Assembly: GCA_038214755.1 (NCBI GenBank) | Contig: JBBQRQ010000131.1 | Location: 1-10,665 of the forward strand | Reading direction: 5' to 3' | Length of the DNA stretch: 10,665 nucleotides | DNA from: Verrucomicrobiota bacterium | GTDB taxonomy: Bacteria > Verrucomicrobiota > Verrucomicrobiia > Limisphaerales > CANJXF01 | Part shown: piece by piece, positions 6,295-10,665 of the stretch | Layout of the letters: every line of letters begins with the position of its first letter | Numbering within the stretch: the first letter of the stretch is position 1 | Made by a program: the position numbers and the translations under genes | Notes under the pieces: model-generated | The model's database searches: none | What the model was told of the DNA's origin: nothing | What the model saw: the letters and a program-made list of their open reading frames with translations, nothing else

Positions 6295-7596
6295 TCAGTT
6301 CAACGCGATACCGCGACGGATGTAGGTGGGCAAATCCAAATCTTCTCCGCGATGAATGGTCGGCTCACTTTTTTCGAAACGGCCTTTGGAAATAATTTCC
6401 AGGGGCAATTCATTTTGGCTGAATCGTGAGCGGCTTTTCTTCTGACGCGAACCGGTTTGTTTGGTGAACAATTGTTCTTTTTTTTCCTCGGTGATTTCGG
6501 GAGCGGGCGGGACGATTCGCGACGCGGGCCGCGACGTTGAAGACGCATCAACTAATTGTTCATCGGTTTCAGATTCATCAGCCGGGGCGCTAGTGGGCCG
6601 CGTTGTTTTCATCTGTGAAACTATTTTTCCCTCACCCAGCGATTTTCCAGAGGCAACCAGCGTCACCGACAATCGGTCGGCAAACGTTTCCTCGATCAGC
6701 GCGCCAAAAATGATGCGGCTCTTTTCGCAACGCCCGCTGATCTCTTTCATCAGGCGGGTCACTTCGGCCATGGTCAGATCGGGGCCGCCCGTCAGGTTGA
6801 CGAGCAACGCGTCTGAATTTTCTAATAGTTCGCCATCTTCGAGCAGCGGATGCGTGGAAAGTTTTTCGACGATTTGTTGCGCGCGGTCTTTTCCGCCCGC
6901 TTCCACGGTGACGAAAGAGCTTTCGGAATTCAGGCTGCGCGTGACGGAACAAACGTCGGCGAAATCGACATTGATCAAACCAGTTTGGGTCAGCAGGCGC
7001 GAAATGCCGACAACTCCCTCCGCCAAAAATTCGTTCGCCATTTTGAACGCGTCCGTCACGGTGTCTTTTTCGTTCACCACTTTGAAAAGTTTTTCGTTCG
7101 GAAAACAAATCACCGCATCCGCCACTGAGCGTAGTTGTTGCAATCCAAGTTGTGCCTGGCGCGCGCGGCGGCGTCCTTCGAATTCAAACGGCATGGTCAC
7201 GATTCCAAGAACGAACGCGCCTGAATCTTTGGCCGCCTGCGCCAACACGCAACTGGCCGCGGTGCCCGTCCCGCCGCCGAGTCCAGCGAGAATGAAGACA
7301 ACATTCGCGCCTTCGCAAAATTCTTTCAGATGTTCGATTTCATTTTCCGCGACGAAGCGGCCCAATTCAGAATCGCCCCCAGTGCCCATGCCGTAGGTAA
7401 TTTTTGCGCCGAGACAAAGTTTTTCATCAGCCAGGCAACTTGCCAAACATTGCGAGTCGGTGTTCAAGGCAATTGTTTTGGGCCGGGCGGCAGAAGGCTT
7501 CGCGAGAGCGCTCAACGCGTTGCAGCCCGCGCCGCCCACGCCAAAAATTTTGATGGAGATTTTTCCGGTCAACGTTGAGTCAGGCAAAGTTTTCAT
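6295..7596 (-). CDS. ftsZ: Cell division protein FtsZ
   Basis: GVGGAGCN, LNTD, GLGGGTGT, PFEFEG and INVDFADV motifs, with C-terminal peptide GEDLDLPTYIRR. It lies downstream of ftsA. Confidence 0.97.
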   Translation of the reverse strand: MKTLPDSTLTGKISIKIFGVGGAGCNALSALAKPSAARPKTIALNTDSQCLASCLADEKLCLGAKITYGMGTGGDSELGRFVAENEIEHLKEFCEGANVVFILAGLGGGTGTAASCVLAQAAKDSGAFVLGIVTMPFEFEGRRRARQAQLGLQQLRSVADAVICFPNEKLFKVVNEKDTVTDAFKMANEFLAEGVVGISRLLTQTGLINVDFADVCSVTRSLNSESSFVTVEAGGKDRAQQIVEKLSTHPLLEDGELLENSDALLVNLTGGPDLTMAEVTRLMKEISGRCEKSRIIFGALIEETFADRLSVTLVASGKSLGEGKIVSQMKTTRPTSAPADESETDEQLVDASSTSRPASRIVPPAPEITEEKKEQLFTKQTGSRQKKSRSRFSQNELPLEIISKGRFEKSEPTIHRGEDLDLPTYIRRGIALN

Positions 7597-7608
7597 AAGA
7601 TCAGGAAA

Positions 7609-8826
7609 TTATTTCTGAAGCATTTCTTTCATGGCTTTTATTCCGTTGAAAATAAATCCGTTGCGGTCTCTTCGTTTTTGCTGGAGCGAACCGAACCTGG
7701 TCAAACCGATGGCCGTGGCGAATTCGGGTTGATCGAGCGCGGAGGTCAAGCCGTTGATCGAATTGGCTTTTCCGAGGGAGGCGGGCAATTGAAAGATTTT
7801 TTCGGCGAGCTTTTGAATTCCCGGAACACGCGCTCCGCCGCCGCAAATAAAAATTCCGGCGCGAACATAATCGAGCAAACCCACCTTCGCCAAATCCTGC
7901 TCGATGATTTGAAAAATTTCCTCCAGACGCAACGTCATGATCTGGCGGAGATGTTCGAGATTAATTGTTTTGCCCGATTGCCCAAACTCGCCGGAGAGCG
8001 TGATGGTTTTTCCATGCAGGCTCGCATCGAACAGCGCCGAGCCGTGCTCGATTTTCAGTTGTTCGGCGCGGCCCATCGGGATTCTCAAACCAATGGCCAG
8101 ATCGTGTGAGACATGATCGCCGCCCAGCGCGAGAACGCCGGTGTGTTTTATAATTCCATCGCAATAGACGACGTATTCGGTCGTGCCGCCGCCAAAATCG
8201 ATGACGAGGGCGCCCAATTCTTTTTGCTCATTGGTCAGCAACGCGAGGGAGGAAGCCATGCCGTTGAAGACAATGGTTTCAATTTCCAATTGCAACCCGC
8301 TCACGACGCGAATCGGATTTTGCAGGCGATTGATATTTCCGTGAATGACGTGGACATCCACCTCGACGCGCGCGCCGCACATGCCGACGGGATTTAAAAT
8401 TCCATCCTGCCCATCGACGTGGAAATGTTGGCGGATGGCGTGGACGACATTATTTTCCGTCGGCAGATTTATCGCCTTCGCATTCTTGATCACGTCTTGC
8501 ACGTCGTCCTCGGTGATCTCGCGATCGGCGGAGACGACGGGGTGAACACCGCGATTGTTGAAGCCGCGAACGTGGTGGCCGGTCACGCCCAGATACACGC
8601 TGCGAATCTCGGCGTTGGACATGTGCTCGGCTTCGACGATGGCGTTGCGCACATCTTCCTCGGCGGCGCTGGCGTCGGAGATTTCTCCTTTCCGCACACC
8701 GCGCGAACGCGATTGGCCGATGCCGATGATGTTCAACACGCCGGCGGAATTGAGTTCGCCGACCACGGCGCAAACTTTGGACGTGCCGATTTCCAAACCG
8801 ACGATGATGTTGGATGACTCAAACAT
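7609..8826 (-). CDS. ftsA: Cell division protein FtsA (start reassigned to ATG 8826)
   Basis: IIVGLEIGTSKV, IDFGGGTT, AEQLKIEHG, GGGARVPG and PEFATAIGL motifs. The start overlaps the ftsQ stop. Confidence 0.97.
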   Translation of the reverse strand: MFESSNIIVGLEIGTSKVCAVVGELNSAGVLNIIGIGQSRSRGVRKGEISDASAAEEDVRNAIVEAEHMSNAEIRSVYLGVTGHHVRGFNNRGVHPVVSADREITEDDVQDVIKNAKAINLPTENNVVHAIRQHFHVDGQDGILNPVGMCGARVEVDVHVIHGNINRLQNPIRVVSGLQLEIETIVFNGMASSLALLTNEQKELGALVIDFGGGTTEYVVYCDGIIKHTGVLALGGDHVSHDLAIGLRIPMGRAEQLKIEHGSALFDASLHGKTITLSGEFGQSGKTINLEHLRQIMTLRLEEIFQIIEQDLAKVGLLDYVRAGIFICGGGARVPGIQKLAEKIFQLPASLGKANSINGLTSALDQPEFATAIGLTRFGSLQQKRRDRNGFIFNGIKAMKEMLQK

Positions 8827-9775
8827 TTTTTTTCCTGTGGCGTGAAGGTTTGACTGCTTTTGCGGGAAGCGGGACCGGACTGGCTTCGACAAATCGGAGC
8901 GGAACATTGTTGGCAATGGAGAGGTCAAGCGTGGCAATGGCGCGCCCGAGTTTTTGATATTGGTCGAAAATCAAACGCCATCGATTCAGTTGCGCCTCGA
9001 AGCCGTTGAGCGAAAAAGTAATTTGGCTCGCGTGGCTGGTAATGGCTTCGAGCACTTCGGGGATGGCAACGTTGATGCGTTCCAATTCCGCCAAACCCAC
9101 CATGGGCGACCGATCAAACGCCGTGATTAATTTCAGCGCGGCGCGGACCTGCACCGATTCGACGCGCCGACCGGGACGCAACTCGGCGGCATTGAGGCCG
9201 GAAATAATCGGCAACGAATCATTCTGGATTGTGGGTGGCGCGATGCGAAGCCGGGGATCGAGGGGCAACATGACGTAGCCAGTTTCGTCGAGTTGATAAA
9301 TCACCTGCTCGTAATCACCGCGAGAATTACTTTGCGTCGTGATGACTTTGGCCACTGGCTCGCGTTCCGTAATCTGCAAGCGCAACGTCCGTGGCAACAC
9401 GCGCTCAATCGTGGCGGATTGAATCCACGGGACTAATTCGAGGTCCCGCTTGATGCGCGCCAAGTCGAGCGTGAGCAAATTATCGCGCGGATTCACCAGC
9501 GACCAACGGCGAATATTTTCCGGCGCGATCACTCCGTCGGTTTGCACTTCGATCTGCTGAATGGCGAACGCGTCGTTCTTATACACCAGACAGTCGAGCG
9601 CCCACTCACCGCCGCGCCAGAGCACAAACAGAACGACCACGAGCGCAAAGGTGACGCTCAAACCCAGGCCAGCCCAACGAAAGCGCGCGGCCCGGGTTTG
9701 GCTCGAACGTAATTTGACGTTGAGCAAGTCGGGACGGTCAAACCGCCGGTTTTTTTGTTTTCTTTTAAACCACAT
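8819..9775 (-). CDS. ftsQ: Cell division protein FtsQ/DivIB (start reassigned to ATG 9775)
   Basis: Basic N-terminus, a single TM helix and a POTRA pattern (PWIQSATIERVLPRTLRLQITEREPVA). It lies between ddl and ftsA. Confidence 0.92.
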   Translation of the reverse strand: MWFKRKQKNRRFDRPDLLNVKLRSSQTRAARFRWAGLGLSVTFALVVVLFVLWRGGEWALDCLVYKNDAFAIQQIEVQTDGVIAPENIRRWSLVNPRDNLLTLDLARIKRDLELVPWIQSATIERVLPRTLRLQITEREPVAKVITTQSNSRGDYEQVIYQLDETGYVMLPLDPRLRIAPPTIQNDSLPIISGLNAAELRPGRRVESVQVRAALKLITAFDRSPMVGLAELERINVAIPEVLEAITSHASQITFSLNGFEAQLNRWRLIFDQYQKLGRAIATLDLSIANNVPLRFVEASPVPLPAKAVKPSRHRKKNV

Positions 9776-9838
9776 TTTATTTCTGTAGCGTTCGGCCGGT
9801 GGCCGAATCGGCGACACGCCAGACGCTACATTTTATTT
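9772..9838. repeat. REP-like branched palindrome (9784-9830) flanked by an 11-bp direct repeat
   Basis: Outer stem TGTAGCGT/ACGCTACA, inner stems TTCGGCC/GGCCGAA and GGCG/CGCC. ACATTTTATTT occurs at 9772-9782 and 9828-9838. Confidence 0.85.
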
Positions 9839-10665
9839 TTTCGCCGCAGCGCGAGATCAATCATCGTCTGACAAAGTTGCTCGTAACTAATTCCCGCCTC
9901 CTCCGCCGCCACGGGGAACAAACTCAATTCAGTCATGCCCGGCAGCGTGTTGACTTCGAGCACGATGGGTTCGCTCCCGCCTTGCGCGGGACGCACCATC
10001 ACATCCACTCGCGCATAATCGCGACCGCCAATAGCCTTGAAAGCGCCGAGAGCCGCGTCTTGAATTTTCTTCGTTGTGGCCTCATCAAAATCCGCCGGAC
10101 AAAAATGTTCACTCGCGCCGGGCGTGTATTTATTTTTGTAATCGAACTCGCCGTGTTTGACTCTCACCTCGACGACCGGCAGCGGTTTCTCGTCAAGAAT
10201 TCCCACCGTCGTTTCGCGCCCGACAATTTTTTCTTCCATCAAAACTTGCGAATCAAATCGCAAAGCCTCGGCCAAAGCCGTCTGCCAGTTCTCGACCCGA
10301 TCCACAAATTGCAATCCGACGCTGGAACCTTGCCGCACTGGTTTTAAAACCACCGGCGGTTGCCAGCCCATCGGCCAACTGGATTCGGCGGATTCGAACA
10401 CTTCAAATTTCGCCGTCGGAACGCCCGCTGCTAAACAACGCTGTTTGGTCAAAACTTTGTTGAACGCGATGCGGCTGGCTTCAGGACCGCAGCCGGTGTA
10501 CGGCACGCGAAGGTTTTCCAGTTGCTCCTGAATCGTGCCGTCTTCGCCGAAGGTTCCGTGCAACGCGAGAAAAACAACGTCTGTTTCTCCAGGCAACGAC
10601 CAGATCGTTTCGACCGGATCAAGTTCGCGGACGTGATGTCCGAGCGAACGCAAGGCTTTCGCCAC
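9826..10665 (-). CDS. ddl: D-alanine--D-alanine ligase (5' end outside window)
   Basis: VFLALHGTFGEDGTIQ, PYTG, KPVRQGSSVG, FDYKNKY, ARVD and LEVNTLPGMT..SLFP motifs; dcw cluster context. Confidence 0.97.
   Translation of the reverse strand: MAKALRSLGHHVRELDPVETIWSLPGETDVVFLALHGTFGEDGTIQEQLENLRVPYTGCGPEASRIAFNKVLTKQRCLAAGVPTAKFEVFESAESSWPMGWQPPVVLKPVRQGSSVGLQFVDRVENWQTALAEALRFDSQVLMEEKIVGRETTVGILDEKPLPVVEVRVKHGEFDYKNKYTPGASEHFCPADFDEATTKKIQDAALGAFKAIGGRDYARVDVMVRPAQGGSEPIVLEVNTLPGMTELSLFPVAAEEAGISYEQLCQTMIDLALRRKNKM

Noticed and set aside
8827..8937. N-terminal extension of FtsA given by the ORF track (likewise 9776..9817 for FtsQ)
   Set aside because: The extensions overlap ftsQ or the REP. 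The conserved proteins start at ATG 8826 and ATG 9775.

Overview
The window looks like Verrucomicrobiota DNA (Pedosphaera-like, inferred from the FtsZ C-terminus, the FYRL-ending secreted protein and the REP types). It has two halves. The right half (4968-10665, minus strand) is core genome: ddl (partial)-ftsQ-ftsA-ftsZ followed by mnmA, with GTAG-type REP/REPIN palindromes in the intergenic gaps. The left half is accessory. It holds the 5' end of a RAYT/IS200-like Y1 transposase, a small secreted protein, and an 848-aa secreted fibre protein with seven 147-bp FG-GAP repeats and a C-terminal S74 autochaperone. Next comes a 1.7-kb patchwork of fragments: an S74 remnant, three copies of an IS91-type oriIS, an IS91 transposase 3' end, an IS3 left end, a REP, an internal PaaX piece and a UbiD 3' end. 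The most interesting signals are (1) near-identical FG-GAP repeats whose variation is concentrated in six loop codons with an AAY-like pattern, (2) the fibre plus partner pair as a putative non-phage adhesin system, (3) the triplicated oriIS, and (4) a REP flanked by an 11-bp duplication whose removal would fuse Ddl to FtsQ in frame. All family assignments come from motif recognition by eye; no searches were run.
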